The notes under the pieces were generated by a model. That model had not been told where the DNA came from. It saw nothing but the letters and a program-made list of their open reading frames with translations, and made no database searches. Below are positions 19,504 through 30,054 of a stretch of DNA of 64,000 nucleotides, piece by piece. Origin of the DNA: Acidobacteriota bacterium (GTDB lineage Bacteria; Acidobacteriota; UBA890; WLXD01); contig CBDBHB010000008.1 of NCBI GenBank assembly GCA_965205505.1, positions 1,088,001-1,152,000 of the forward strand. The letters run 5' to 3'. Position numbers and translations under genes: made by a program. Each line of letters opens with the position of its first letter. Position 1 is the first letter of the stretch.

Positions 19504-22500
19504 TCACCGCTCCCCTGAGTCGGTCGGCTCCAAGCGCCACCACCACTGGGGCGCCAATGGCCGCTGCCGGGGCCAGACCTCGGTGAGCGTGTCGGCCTCG
19601 TACAGTCGGCCGTTCTTCATTACGTAGCTGATCGACGTCGTGTTCGCGAGGTCCTCGAGTGGATTCTCGTCGAGCACCTGGAGATCGGCGAGCTTGCCTA
19701 CCTCTAGTGAGCCGATGTCACCGGCCAAACCGATGGCGTCGGCGCTACCGAGTGTCGCGATGCGCAGCGCCTGATGGTTGCCCATGCCGCCGGAAGCCAT
19801 CATCCACAGCTCCCAATGCGTACCCAGACCCTGCACCTCACCATGCGAGCCGAGGCCAGCTTTGCCGCCCGCCTCCACCCACTTGGCGAGCTGTATCGCG
19901 TGCAGCGGGTGAACGTACTGGTCGTCGCGATAGAACTGCACACTCTTCCACTTGTCGAGCTCGTCGTGCGGCGTGAAAAACTTCGGTCGCTCGATCTCGT
20001 CGACGTTGGTATGCGTCAGGTAGTACTCGCGACCGGAAGGGCCTCCGTAGGCAACGATGAAGGTGGGCGTGTACGTCAGGCCGCTGAACTGCCCGAGCTC
20101 GACGACGTCCCCGTAGAACGGACTTATCGGCAGGGAATGCTCGAGGCCAGCGTAGCCGTCCTGCATGAGTGTGAGGTTCATGGCGAAGTTGGAGCCGCCC
20201 TCGGTGGTGGGCGTCAACCCCAGCTCCCGCGCTGCCATGATGACCCACTGGCGCACTTTGCGATCACCGGCCATGTACTGCTTGATGGTGCGGGTATTGA
20301 AGTGATCAGAGTAGCGGCGCAGCACGTCACGCGCGTCGTCGAGGCTCTTGATGTCGTCGGCGGAGAACACCCCCGGCCCCGTGGAGTAGAGGCGCGGCCC
20401 GACAAGCTCGCCCACCTCCATGAGATCGCTGTAGGTCACGATGTCTTCGGACGACGTCTGCGGGTCGCGCTGCGTGGTGACGCCATAGGCGAGCTGTGCG
20501 AGGAATTGCGAAACCTGACCGCGATGAAGCCCCCACGCCACCCACGTATGGGCGTGGATATCCACCAGCCCCGGTAGGATGGTCTTGCCGGCCAAATCGC
20601 GGACCTCGGCGTCAGAGGGATAGTCGACCTCGCCGGACCGGCCGATGGCGACGATACGGTTGTCGGTAACCACGATATCCCCCGAGGGGATGACCTCCAC
20701 GCCGCGCATGGTGATGAGCCTGGCTCCTCGAAGGACCAGTGTTCCTCGCGGCTTGTCTTTAACTACCCGGATCTCCACATCGACGCGGTGCGCCTCATAC
20801 TCAGGCCGTTCGTCGTCACCGTTTTCATCCTCGTTGGCCTCGTCAGCGTCCGAATCTTCTTCGGCTACCGCCGTTACGACGTCGCCCTCGCTCGCATCCG
20901 CCGCGGCGTTGTCGGCCTGTTTCGACGCTTCCGTCACCGCTTCCGCCATGGCGATGTCGTGGCGGAAGAAGCTGCGCCCGATCGAGTAGTAGGCAACGGC
21001 ACCGTCGTTAGTCCAGCCGATGAAGTCGCCGCCGATACGTGTCAACCGCCACGTCGGTACGACCGATGACTCGGACGCTGAAACCTCTGGCGCCTCGCCA
21101 CCCACCGGCGGCACGGTGATCATGTAGACGTTGCGGCTCACGCGCACTAGCGCCCGATTGCCGTCGGGCGAGATCACCACCTCGTCGGGCGTCGGTGGGT
21201 CACCACGCGGGCCTCCGGGCGAGGGCGCCGTTACCTTGATGATCGGCCTGAAATCGGTACCGTCGTAACGCATCGACAGCAGGCCTTCCGACCCGGCCCA
21301 CACGTAGACGCGCTCGGGATCTGGCCCAAGGTGGGGCGCGTTGCGCCCCTGCTGTGTGGCCCCGGCGCCAACCCAGGTAATGCGTGTCGGCACACCACCG
21401 TCGGCCGGCAACCACACGTACTTGAGCTCCGCGGCGCCACCGTGCCGACCGAAATCTTCCAGCGTGCGCATGCGGTGCATCCTCGATCCGCGCACCGCCA
21501 CCAGCCGCGATCCGTCGCGCATGTAGCTCAGCTTGTCGAAGAACGCCGCAGTGGGCGTGAGTCGCTCCGGCTCCCCGGTGCTGTCGGCCCGAACCCGATA
21601 AATGTTGCCGCCGTCAGTGTCGTTCCAGGTGACGTAGGAGATGAACTGCCCGTCCGGCGACCAGGCCGGCGCGTGCTCCACATCGGTCGACGAGGTCAGC
21701 CGCGTCGCGTCTCTGATGACGGGATGCGCCGCAGTCCCCTGCCCCGGGCCGGCTTCTGCCGCGGCCATGAGGTCGTCGAGGTCCGTCGGAAGCGGCGGCA
21801 GATCGGCAATCCACAGGCGATCGAGCGCCGCAAAAACCACCCGCGAGCCATCCGGAGAGGGTCGCGCGCCGCGGATCTGCGACACCGTCAACATCTCGTC
21901 ATCGATCGGATAGTCGAACTTTACCAGTGGACCGAGTTCCTGGCTGACCGCAGCGGTGAAGGGAATCGGGGTCACCGCCCCCGAGGGCACCTCCACCCGC
22001 CAGATCTTGCCGTCGTAGCTGGTGATCAAGGCGCTGGAGTCCGGCGTGAAGGCCGAGCCGGGGTAAACGTCGCGATCGCGCCTACCGCCTCCTTGGCTGT
22101 CGTCACGCTGGACATCCATCAACAACCAGCGTTCCTCGCCGGTCGACAGGCCGATGAGCTTGAGTGCCTCGCGCGCGTCGTATCGCGTGGCGTAGACGAG
22201 CCAGCGTCCATCGGGGCTGGCGATCGGGCGCAGGGCACCCTCGAGCTCATGGCTGCGCACATGAACCCGTCCCGTGTCACGATCGAGCTGGCCGATCTGA
22301 TAGGGCCCCACCAAGCGTGCCGAGCTGCGAGCACCGTGATCCGGACCGAAGTCATCGCGCCACGCGGCGTGGCTGGCAGTGACGAAGCCACCGCCCAGGT
22401 CTCCCCGCAGATTGACCCACAGGTAACGAGGATCATCCGACAGCGCGGCGCCGAAGAGCCCCGGTTGCGATCCATCGTCGTCGTCGGCCGATCCGGTTAG

Positions 22501-23040
22501 CTGCAGACCCGATCCCCCATCGACGTGATAGAGCCACAGCTGCGATCCCTTGGTGGCGATCACGTAGTCGCCGTCGGGAGTCCAAATCGGCGACAGGTAA
22601 TTGTCCTTCTCGCTGGTGGTCAGCGCGTGCGCATCGCCACCATCGGCATCGGCGATCCACAGGTTCTCGGACCCGTTGCGGTCGCTCACGAATACCAACT
22701 GCGAGCCGTCCGGCGAGTAGCGTGGCTGCATATCGTAGGCTTGACCATCGGTAATGCGAGTCGCCGTTCCGCCAATCACTGGGAGCGTGTACAGATCGCC
22801 CAGAAGCTCGAACGCTATGGTGCTCCCGTCCGGCGACAGGTCGAGCGAGATCCAGGTGCCCTCGTCGGTAGTGAACTCCAGGGTGCGCGTGGTGATCAGG
22901 GGCAGCCTATCGGACTCCTTGGCCGCGGCGGCCGACTCGTCATTTTCGGCCGGCGTCTGAGCAAGTGCCGGCAGCGCAACCAAGGCACAGACGACGAGGC
23001 ATCGGACGACTCCGGCGTAGCGAGATGGAAGGCTGCTCAT
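19504..23040 (-). CDS. Exported amidohydrolase with N-terminal PD40 beta-propellers
   Basis: Signal peptide, TDEGTWISLDLSPDG, repeated SPDG, then PGLVDIHAH, GSHG and GSLEVGKLADL. Confidence 0.88.
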   Translation of the reverse strand: MSSLPSRYAGVVRCLVVCALVALPALAQTPAENDESAAAAKESDRLPLITTRTLEFTTDEGTWISLDLSPDGSTIAFELLGDLYTLPVIGGTATRITDGQAYDMQPRYSPDGSQLVFVSDRNGSENLWIADADGGDAHALTTSEKDNYLSPIWTPDGDYVIATKGSQLWLYHVDGGSGLQLTGSADDDDGSQPGLFGAALSDDPRYLWVNLRGDLGGGFVTASHAAWRDDFGPDHGARSSARLVGPYQIGQLDRDTGRVHVRSHELEGALRPIASPDGRWLVYATRYDAREALKLIGLSTGEERWLLMDVQRDDSQGGGRRDRDVYPGSAFTPDSSALITSYDGKIWRVEVPSGAVTPIPFTAAVSQELGPLVKFDYPIDDEMLTVSQIRGARPSPDGSRVVFAALDRLWIADLPPLPTDLDDLMAAAEAGPGQGTAAHPVIRDATRLTSSTDVEHAPAWSPDGQFISYVTWNDTDGGNIYRVRADSTGEPERLTPTAAFFDKLSYMRDGSRLVAVRGSRMHRMRTLEDFGRHGGAAELKYVWLPADGGVPTRITWVGAGATQQGRNAPHLGPDPERVYVWAGSEGLLSMRYDGTDFRPIIKVTAPSPGGPRGDPPTPDEVVISPDGNRALVRVSRNVYMITVPPVGGEAPEVSASESSVVPTWRLTRIGGDFIGWTNDGAVAYYSIGRSFFRHDIAMAEAVTEASKQADNAAADASEGDVVTAVAEEDSDADEANEDENGDDERPEYEAHRVDVEIRVVKDKPRGTLVLRGARLITMRGVEVIPSGDIVVTDNRIVAIGRSGEVDYPSDAEVRDLAGKTILPGLVDIHAHTWVAWGLHRGQVSQFLAQLAYGVTTQRDPQTSSEDIVTYSDLMEVGELVGPRLYSTGPGVFSADDIKSLDDARDVLRRYSDHFNTRTIKQYMAGDRKVRQWVIMAARELGLTPTTEGGSNFAMNLTLMQDGYAGLEHSLPISPFYGDVVELGQFSGLTYTPTFIVAYGGPSGREYYLTHTNVDEIERPKFFTPHDELDKWKSVQFYRDDQYVHPLHAIQLAKWVEAGGKAGLGSHGEVQGLGTHWELWMMASGGMGNHQALRIATLGSADAIGLAGDIGSLEVGKLADLQVLDENPLEDLANTTSISYVMKNGRLYEADTLTEVWPRQRPLAPQWWWRLEPTDSGER

Positions 23041-23182
23041 CGGTCTCCAGGGGCTACGGCGAGCGCTCGGGGTCCGTTGCCCCGTTCCGGCTGCAAGGGT
23101 TACGCTGCGCCCTCACCTGTCACCGCTCGCCAGGCTCTTGAAACGGCGCCTGTCGAGTCTACATTGGTAGGAACGTCGTTCC

Positions 23183-23305
23183 ATGTCGCTTGCCGCCGGC
23201 ACCGAGCTGGACCACCCCTACGTGGCGGCGATCTACGGGCTCGAGCGGTCGGCGAACGATAACGATACGACTTCCGGAGACACCAGAGCGCTGAGGCATG
23301 GGTGA
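23183..23305 (+). pseudogene. Internally deleted Ser/Thr kinase stub
   Basis: MSLAAGTEL-DHPYVAAIYGLERS...TRAL: kinase start joined directly to the HPNIAAIYGLE-type subdomain IV motif. 40 aa, below the ORF-track cutoff. Confidence 0.65.
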
Positions 23306-23314
23306 GACGATCCG

Positions 23315-23798
23315 ATGATGAGTGACGCAAGCAACACCGACGATGGCGCGGCCGTACGGATTCCACCGCCGCTGATCTATCTGGCGGGGATCATCGTCGC
23401 AAGCCTGGTGCACGCCTACGTGCGGCCAATGCCGCTGATGCTCGAATTCGGGCCGCGGCTGGCGGTGTCGCTGACGTTCGTGATGCTAGGCATCGTGCTG
23501 ATGGCGGGCGCGGTGGGTCTGTTCAAGCGCACCGGACAGGACCCCAAGCCATGGAAGTCGACACCAGAGATCATCTCCACTGGCGTCTACCGCTTCACCC
23601 GCAACCCGATGTACCTGGGCCTAGCGCTACTGCAGATCGGCATCGGCGCCGGATTGGAGAACGGGTGGATTGTGGTGTTTGTGCCGCCGGTACTGCTCGC
23701 TGTCTCGGACGGCGATCCGTCACGAGGAAGCCTATCTGGAAGGCAAGTTCGGCGACGTGTACCTGGAATACAAGCGCTCGGTGCGCCGCTGGCTCTGA
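23315..23798 (+). pseudogene. Isoprenylcysteine carboxylmethyltransferase/PEMT family membrane protein, frameshifted near 23705
   Basis: IPPPLIY and TGVYRFTRNPMYLG. The terminus AIRHEEAYLEGKFGDVYLEYKRSVRRWL* is in another frame. Confidence 0.82.
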
Positions 23799-23835
23799 GC
23801 AACAACGCCGACACGTTGAGCTGCTCCGCAGCCAA

Positions 23836-24624
23836 TCAGCTGACAATTCCCTGCTCCTCGAGAAAGCGAAGCACGGCGGTCCAGGGGCGTGGGCAGTCAT
23901 TGTGTCCGCACGGCATGCGAACGATCGGTGTCCCCGCGGCGCGGGCAAGCGCCTCGCCATGGCCATAGGGGATCACCTGATCTAGTTCACCGTGCAACAC
24001 GAGGGTCGGAGCCACGCGCGACGCTGCCACCGCCAGGTTGTCGAAGGGATCGAGCACCAGAGCTCGCGGCAGATACCACGGTCCAGCCGCAGCTACGCTG
24101 GTGAACGTCGACTCCAGCACCAGCGCTGCAACTGGCCGAACGGCGCCAAGCGCACAGGCAGCGCCGCCGCCCAGAGAACGCCCGTAGGCGACGATTCGGG
24201 CGCCGTCGACATCTGGCTGCTGAAGGAGGAAATCGAAGGCTGCGACCATCGTGTCGGTGATCGACTCCTGGGTCGCCTTGCCTCCCGACCGGCCGTAGCT
24301 CGGGTACTCCACCAGGAGCACACCGAGCCCAGCCTCGGTGAGGTGCCCGACCGGCGCCAGCCAGTCGTCGATGAGCTCGCCGTTGCCGTGCGAGAAGATG
24401 ACCACCGGAAACGGTGCCAAGGTCGGGGCGGGACGCAAGAGCCACGCTTCGACCGCCGCGGCATCCCCGAGCCAAGCGGTCTCCGCCCCAACTGGCAGCG
24501 CCGGCGCGGGCCCCGGATGAGGTAGACGCGGATACATCACGCCTCGCTGCACGCCCAGGATCACGCCGACGTAGGCGAGGCCGAGCAGCGCAATAACGGC
24601 CGCGCTAGTCAACGATCTCTGCAA
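23836..24624 (-). CDS. Alpha/beta hydrolase with N-terminal membrane anchor
   Basis: HGNGE, GRSLG nucleophile elbow, HGELD and GHND. Confidence 0.85.
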   Translation of the reverse strand: MQRSLTSAAVIALLGLAYVGVILGVQRGVMYPRLPHPGPAPALPVGAETAWLGDAAAVEAWLLRPAPTLAPFPVVIFSHGNGELIDDWLAPVGHLTEAGLGVLLVEYPSYGRSGGKATQESITDTMVAAFDFLLQQPDVDGARIVAYGRSLGGGAACALGAVRPVAALVLESTFTSVAAAGPWYLPRALVLDPFDNLAVAASRVAPTLVLHGELDQVIPYGHGEALARAAGTPIVRMPCGHNDCPRPWTAVLRFLEEQGIVS

Positions 24625-25531
24625 GTCTCAGCAACCTAGCGGGGTGTCTCACGAACCGGGCGGCTGCTCTCTTCAAGCTCTTCACGGCATCCCAAGCGGC
24701 ACGCTGCAGCAGGTTCGCGTCGGCCGCCGAGAGGGCACTGATATCACTTGCGGCACCTTCCCCCGACTGGCCGAAGCGCGTGCTGAGGCGCAATGCAGGC
24801 AGTCCTTCCGGTGACCGTCCCAGCAGGGTCGCGTAGAAGACACAGGCCGCAACATAGGTTCCGCTCGGTGACGGGTGGCTTTGGTCCTCGTGGTACAGCG
24901 CCAGGGTCGGCCTCCCCTGAATCGCCAGGGCCCAGGCGATACCGACCGGCGACACCATCGCGCCGAGCTCGTCGGCGATACTCGTGTAGGCGTCGGTCAA
25001 TGCCTGTTGCGTCTCCGGGCGATGCTGTCGGGCCCAGGTGAGATAGAACACTGTTCGGGCACCGGACTTCCTGATCTCCGCGTCCAGCAGCCTGGCGTAC
25101 TTGAAGAACTGCTCGCGATCGGTGATCGGGCGAGTGCTCTGCTCCTGCAGCACGACGTGGCTCCAGCCGCCCTGGCGGATCGCTTCGACGGCGTTACCCT
25201 CCGACCAATGACGCTCGAGGGTCGCCCCACCGACCGTCACCTTCGCCACCTCCACGGCAGGAGCATCCGGGACCAACGCCGCCAGGCGCTGGGTCAGCAG
25301 CGGTAGATCGTTCACATACGTGTAGCTGTTACCGATGAACAGCACACGCAGACCGGCCTGCGACGTGACGGTAGGCGCTGCGGTCGCGTCGGCGAAGGTC
25401 GGGCTCGCCGCCGACCCGCAGACGGATAGTACGACCAACACGACGACGATGGCGCAGGGGCGCTGCGTCGCGGGCATCCGAGGTCTGCTACGAGCCGTCG
25501 TCACGAGCCCGAGCATCCTACGCTCCGCCAC
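24605..25531 (-). CDS. SGNH/GDSL-like hydrolase
   Basis: VLFIGNSYT, VVLQEQS and DQSHPS. Start uncertain. Confidence 0.8.
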   Translation of the reverse strand: MAERRMLGLVTTARSRPRMPATQRPCAIVVVLVVLSVCGSAASPTFADATAAPTVTSQAGLRVLFIGNSYTYVNDLPLLTQRLAALVPDAPAVEVAKVTVGGATLERHWSEGNAVEAIRQGGWSHVVLQEQSTRPITDREQFFKYARLLDAEIRKSGARTVFYLTWARQHRPETQQALTDAYTSIADELGAMVSPVGIAWALAIQGRPTLALYHEDQSHPSPSGTYVAACVFYATLLGRSPEGLPALRLSTRFGQSGEGAASDISALSAADANLLQRAAWDAVKSLKRAAARFVRHPARLLRLAEIVD

Positions 25532-26306
25532 GCGGCAGGAAGAGCTCCACCTGAAAGCCCTCGGCGTAGCTGGCGTCGATTCTCAGCTCCGCGGCAATCG
25601 TGGCGTTCAGCTCGAGGATCCGGTCGTCGAAGCCGCTACCGCGATGCTGCAGGTTCCGCTCTTGCTGTGACCGGTGGAACCGCAGCATCTGCCGCTTCCA
25701 TTGCGAGTCGCTCTCGTCGAACGGGAGATACGCGTCGACTCGTATGTCGATGGTCTTGGGATCGCGCTGGTACAGCGCCAGCACGTGTCTCGCGGCATTC
25801 GGCGCCATCTCGCGGAACGTCGCGAACGTGCGACGGTGCCCGGCGTTGGTGTCGTTACCATGGGGGAGCATCACGATGTCGGGCTCGATTCCGTAAAACA
25901 GCGCCGCCAGGGCGTCGCGCGAGTCAGCGTCCAGACGCAGCTCTCCGTTATCGCTGACCGGGAGGCGTAGGAACACGACGTTGTCCGGGGGGAGCCCGAA
26001 GAAGCGCAGCGCTTCAACCTGCTCCGTCTCGCGAACATCGATCTTCCGCTGGTCGGTGGCGGGCGTCAGGAACGAGTCCAACACACCGGACGCGCCGCCG
26101 GTGAGCACCGCCAGGGTGATATCGGCGGCCGCCTCGAAGAAGTACCTCATGGTGACCGCGACCTCGTCGAAGTCGTCGGGGTGCTGTGCCAGTACGAGAA
26201 TACGGAGCGCCGGCGGCGGGCTCAGCTCAGCCAGTGACTGGGGGCCTTCGGCCGCCCCCCCAAGCTGGAGGAGAAACTCGGTACACGCCGTCGTGGTCGT
26301 AGTCAC
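25518..26306 (-). CDS. PIG-L family deacetylase
   Basis: LVLAQHPDD, VRETEQ, DTNAGH and FHRSQ. Confidence 0.8.
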   Translation of the reverse strand: MTTTTTACTEFLLQLGGAAEGPQSLAELSPPPALRILVLAQHPDDFDEVAVTMRYFFEAAADITLAVLTGGASGVLDSFLTPATDQRKIDVRETEQVEALRFFGLPPDNVVFLRLPVSDNGELRLDADSRDALAALFYGIEPDIVMLPHGNDTNAGHRRTFATFREMAPNAARHVLALYQRDPKTIDIRVDAYLPFDESDSQWKRQMLRFHRSQQERNLQHRGSGFDDRILELNATIAAELRIDASYAEGFQVELFLPRGGA

Positions 26307-27085
26307 GCCGCCCAGTGCTGATCGCGCACAAACAGCAACCGATCATCGTCCGACATGTCCGGCCGGAAACCATAGCCCTCTTCAGCGAAGTCCTTGAGAC
26401 CGTCGAGTCTGTCCACCCGATTCTTGACGACGAACCGCGCCATCAACCCACGAGCGCGTTTCGCGGAGAAGCTGATTGTCTTCGGCTGGCCGTCGCGGAT
26501 CTCTTTGAACAGGGCCGTAACCAAGGGTGGCTTCAGCTCACCAGAGCGGACGCCCTTGAAGTACTCGTTCGACGCGAGGTTGAGGATCAGCCTGACCGGA
26601 CGTTGTTCGTGCTCGGCATTGAGTGCCTCGGTCAAGCGGCCGCCCCAGAAGTCGTACAGGTTCTTGCCGCGCTCGTTGTCGAGCCGCGTCCCCATCTCCA
26701 GACGATAGGGCTGGATCAAGTCCAGCGGCCGAAGCAACCCGTAGAAGCCAGACAGAATGCGCAGCCGGCGTTGCGCCCACGTGAGGTCGCGCTTCGACAG
26801 GCTCGCCGCGGCCAGCCCGCGGTACACGTCGCCGCCGAAGGCCAACAGGCACGGCTTCGAGTTGTCGGGTGTAAACGGCAGCGTCATCTCGTGGAATCGC
26901 TGCCGATTTAGCTCGGCCAGCGGCTGGCTGAGCTTCATCAGCTTGCGCAAATCGGCAACGGTGAGCTTGCGGCAGCGCTTCAGCAACAGCTTGATGTCGC
27001 GCTCGAAGCGCGGCTCCGTGGTCGGCAGCCCGTCGGCGCGGAATCCAAAGTCCATCGTCTTGGCGGGAGAAAGCAAGGTCAGCAT
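26303..27085 (-). CDS. yaaA: Peroxide stress protein YaaA (DUF328)
   Basis: LLSPAKT, GDVYRGL, ILSGFYGLLRPLDLIQPYRLEMG, NLASNEY and AKRARGLMARF. Confidence 0.93.
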   Translation of the reverse strand: MLTLLSPAKTMDFGFRADGLPTTEPRFERDIKLLLKRCRKLTVADLRKLMKLSQPLAELNRQRFHEMTLPFTPDNSKPCLLAFGGDVYRGLAAASLSKRDLTWAQRRLRILSGFYGLLRPLDLIQPYRLEMGTRLDNERGKNLYDFWGGRLTEALNAEHEQRPVRLILNLASNEYFKGVRSGELKPPLVTALFKEIRDGQPKTISFSAKRARGLMARFVVKNRVDRLDGLKDFAEEGYGFRPDMSDDDRLLFVRDQHWAA

Positions 27086-27106
27086 GGGTCACTCGGTCTC
27101 GATGTT

Positions 27107-27216
27107 CTAGCAGGCCGTGGTGAAAGTGTGGTGGGTCTGGTTCTCCTCTCTCCTTGCTTCCACTTCGCAAGACCCTGTCGCCAGACCCACCACACTTTCA
27201 CCACGGCCTGCTCTAG
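27107..27216. mobile_element. MITE-like element with perfect 32 bp inverted repeats
   Basis: AGCAGGCCGTGGTGAAAGTGTGGTGGGTCTGG (27109-27140) and its exact reverse complement (27181-27212), 40 bp spacer, CTAG at both ends. Confidence 0.7.
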
Positions 27217-27397
27217 GCAACCGGAAAACACGGTGCCAGGGGCTGTGGGTAGGCGGATAGATTCTACCTCTTGCGGAGGAAGTTCTCGGTTCCGCCGGAG
27301 CACGCCTCGAGTACCGGAGCAAGGAACTCTTTTGACACCCAGGGGCTGGCATTCTAGGTTGCCCGGCAGTTGGCGATCACTACACGTGGAGGCTGTC

Positions 27398-28117
27398 ATG
27401 GCAGACAAGGACGAGAAGTTGTCACGACGTGGGTTTCTCGGCGGGACCGCAGCCGCTGCCATCGGCGGCCAGGCACTTGCGGCGTCGAGCCAGGACCAGT
27501 CCGCGGAAGAGCAAGCGCCGCGCCTGGTCTCATCGGTGACGATCCCGCCGCAGTCGGGGCGCGGGGTGTTCCTGGAGCGCGATCAGTGGATCAAGGTGAT
27601 CACTCCCGAGGGCACGCAGGTCTCGGATCTGTTCGCCTTCGTGCGCCACGCACCAGACGAGTATCTGTGCCCCCGAACCACGATGACGCGTCAACGGCGC
27701 CTGTATCCCCAGGTGGGCGAGCCGTTCTACAGCAACAAGCGACGGCCGCTGCTGATGCTCGAAGAAGACACCGTCGGCGTGCACGATCTCTTCTATCCGG
27801 CTTGTGACAAGTACATGTATCGCGACTACTGGGGAGACGAGAATCATCCGAGCTGTCGCGGCAACCTGAACGCCGTGTTGAAAGAGCTCGATTTCGAGCC
27901 CGGCGGCTACGCCGAGCCCCATAACCTGTTCCAGAACTCTCCAGCGATCGACATGGAAGGGAATCTGCAAGTCCGCGAGTCACCGGCAAAGCCGGGAGAT
28001 TATGTCCTGCTCAAGGCGCTCGATGACCTGCTGGTAGTTGCCACCTCGTGCTCGGTCGATCGCGGCGTGCTCAACGGCGACCGGCCCAAGGAGATCCTCC
28101 TGGAGGTCTACGTGTGA
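27398..28117 (+). CDS. DUF1989 (urea carboxylase-associated family) protein with Tat leader
   Basis: SRRGFLG leader, GTQVSDL, DTVGVHDLFYPAC, HPSCRGNL, HNLFQN, PGDYV and ATSCS. Confidence 0.85.
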   Translation: MADKDEKLSRRGFLGGTAAAAIGGQALAASSQDQSAEEQAPRLVSSVTIPPQSGRGVFLERDQWIKVITPEGTQVSDLFAFVRHAPDEYLCPRTTMTRQRRLYPQVGEPFYSNKRRPLLMLEEDTVGVHDLFYPACDKYMYRDYWGDENHPSCRGNLNAVLKELDFEPGGYAEPHNLFQNSPAIDMEGNLQVRESPAKPGDYVLLKALDDLLVVATSCSVDRGVLNGDRPKEILLEVYV

Positions 28118-30054
28118 CGGCGGTGCGAGGCGCGACATCCGCGTCTGCCACAGCGATCTGTCTGCTGCTACTCGGTGGCGTTGCCTCCTTGGCACCCGGT
28201 AGTGCGAGCGTCCAAGAGCAAGACCGAGCAGCCGCCAGCTTCACTCTGCTCGACGCGACCATCCCGGAGCTGCAGCAGGCGATGGCGAGCGGAGCGGCCA
28301 CCTCGGTCGACTTGGTCGACGCTTATCTGGCACGCATCGAGGCATACGATCAGGCCGGCCCGCGACTGAACGCCATCCTGCACCTCAACCCGAAGGCCCG
28401 CGAGCAGGCCGCGGAGTTCGACCGGGAACGCCGCGATCAGGGACCCCGGGGACCGTTGCACGGTGTGCCGATCATCCTCAAGGACAACTACGACACCGCC
28501 GATATGCCGACGTCGGCCGGGTCGGTAGCGCTGGCCGGTTTCACCCCGGTGGCCGATGCCTTCCAGGTACGCAAGCTTCGCGAGGCCGGGGCAGTGATCC
28601 TCGCCAAGGCGAACATGGAAGAGCTGGCGATGGGCATCACGACGATCAGCTCGCTGGGCGGGCAAACTCTTAATCCGTACGATCCCCGCCGCAATCCCGG
28701 AGGCTCGAGCGGCGGCACGGGGGCAGCCGTCGCAGCCGGCTTCGCCGCTTTCGGCATGGGATCGGATACCTGCGGATCGATTCGCATTCCGGCCTCACAC
28801 AACAACCTTGTCGGCCTGCGGCCCACCAAGGGGCTATCGAGCATCGCTGGCATCGTTCCCCTCTCGCACACGCAGGACGTCGGCGGACCGCTGGCTCGTA
28901 GCGTCACCGATCTGGCCATCGTGCTCGATGCGACGATCGGGCCGGATCCGGACGACCCGGCAACCGCCGTGCTGGAGGGCCGAGAGCTACCGCGCTTCGA
29001 GGACGGGCTCGGCAGCGCAGCAATCGCCGGGACGCGCTTCGGCAAGCTCACCGCGCTGATCGAGCGGGATGTCGCGGAGGACTCGGTTGTCGATGTTATC
29101 GACGCCGCCTTCGAGCATCTCCAGGAGCAGGGGGCAGAGATCATCGATGTCGAGGTGCCGGGAATGCTGGACTTGATAGAGAAGTCCGGCGTCATCCGCC
29201 ACGAGTTCAAGTTCGATTTCATCGACTATCTCTCGGCCCGTGCCGGCGCCCCGATCAGCTCCCTGACAGAGATGCTCCAAGGCGGCCTGCATCATCAGGC
29301 GATGACGAGCCGCTTCGAGAACATCGACGAAGTCGAAGAGCGCGGCTCGGCGGAATACCTCGCCGCACTCAACTGGCGCGAGATCCTGAGAGATACGGTC
29401 GTCCAGGTACTCGACGAGCACGAGCTGGACGCCATCGCGTACCCGACGATCGTGCAGCGCCCGAAGCATGTCGGGGAGCGCCAACGAGGCAGCAACTGCG
29501 CGCTGAGCGCGCAAAGCGGGCTGCCGGCGATCTCGATCCCGGCAGGCTTCACGGCCGATGGCCTCCCGGTGGGATTGGAGCTCCTCGGTCGCCCCTTCGA
29601 CGACGTGCCACTCGTAGCGCTGGCGTTCGCTTTCGAGCAGGGCACGAGTCACCGCGTGTTGCCCTCCGTAACTCCGTCCTTGGTCAACGGGGCGGCGCCG
29701 CCACCGTTGTCGTTCGAGGTATCCGTAACCGAGCGAGAAGACGCCGGTGGGACTTCGACCGTCCGGGGTGCAACGTTCATCCTGGATTCGACGCGGAACC
29801 GACTCCGATACACGCTGACCATCCCCGAAAGCGCATTCGCGGAAGTGCTTGCGGTGACCCTTCACGTCGGAGAAGAGGGTCAGGGTCCCGCCATCGCCCG
29901 CCTCGCCGGCATCGGTGCCAAGCAAAGGGCCGGTGAGATCGAGTTGCGTCCCGCCGATCGGTGGGCGCTGGACAAGGGAGAGATCTACCTACGGGTGTTC
30001 ACTCGCGCTGTTCCGCAAGGCACGCGGCGGGGGCGCCTCGTATTGCCGCGGTAG
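28114..30054 (+). CDS. Exported amidase-signature enzyme with possible C-terminal CHRD-like domain
   Basis: Signal peptide, LHGVPIILKDN, GGSSGG and GSDTCGSIRIPA. Extra ~110 aa C-terminal domain. Confidence 0.88.
   Translation: MTAVRGATSASATAICLLLLGGVASLAPGSASVQEQDRAAASFTLLDATIPELQQAMASGAATSVDLVDAYLARIEAYDQAGPRLNAILHLNPKAREQAAEFDRERRDQGPRGPLHGVPIILKDNYDTADMPTSAGSVALAGFTPVADAFQVRKLREAGAVILAKANMEELAMGITTISSLGGQTLNPYDPRRNPGGSSGGTGAAVAAGFAAFGMGSDTCGSIRIPASHNNLVGLRPTKGLSSIAGIVPLSHTQDVGGPLARSVTDLAIVLDATIGPDPDDPATAVLEGRELPRFEDGLGSAAIAGTRFGKLTALIERDVAEDSVVDVIDAAFEHLQEQGAEIIDVEVPGMLDLIEKSGVIRHEFKFDFIDYLSARAGAPISSLTEMLQGGLHHQAMTSRFENIDEVEERGSAEYLAALNWREILRDTVVQVLDEHELDAIAYPTIVQRPKHVGERQRGSNCALSAQSGLPAISIPAGFTADGLPVGLELLGRPFDDVPLVALAFAFEQGTSHRVLPSVTPSLVNGAAPPPLSFEVSVTEREDAGGTSTVRGATFILDSTRNRLRYTLTIPESAFAEVLAVTLHVGEEGQGPAIARLAGIGAKQRAGEIELRPADRWALDKGEIYLRVFTRAVPQGTRRGRLVLPR

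Noticed and set aside
27220-27397. Guanidine riboswitch upstream of DUF1989
   Set aside because: Only TTCTAGG resembles the guanidine-I motif. The conserved CTAGGGTTCCG and 3' AAAAGCCCGG elements are absent. An Rfam scan would settle it.
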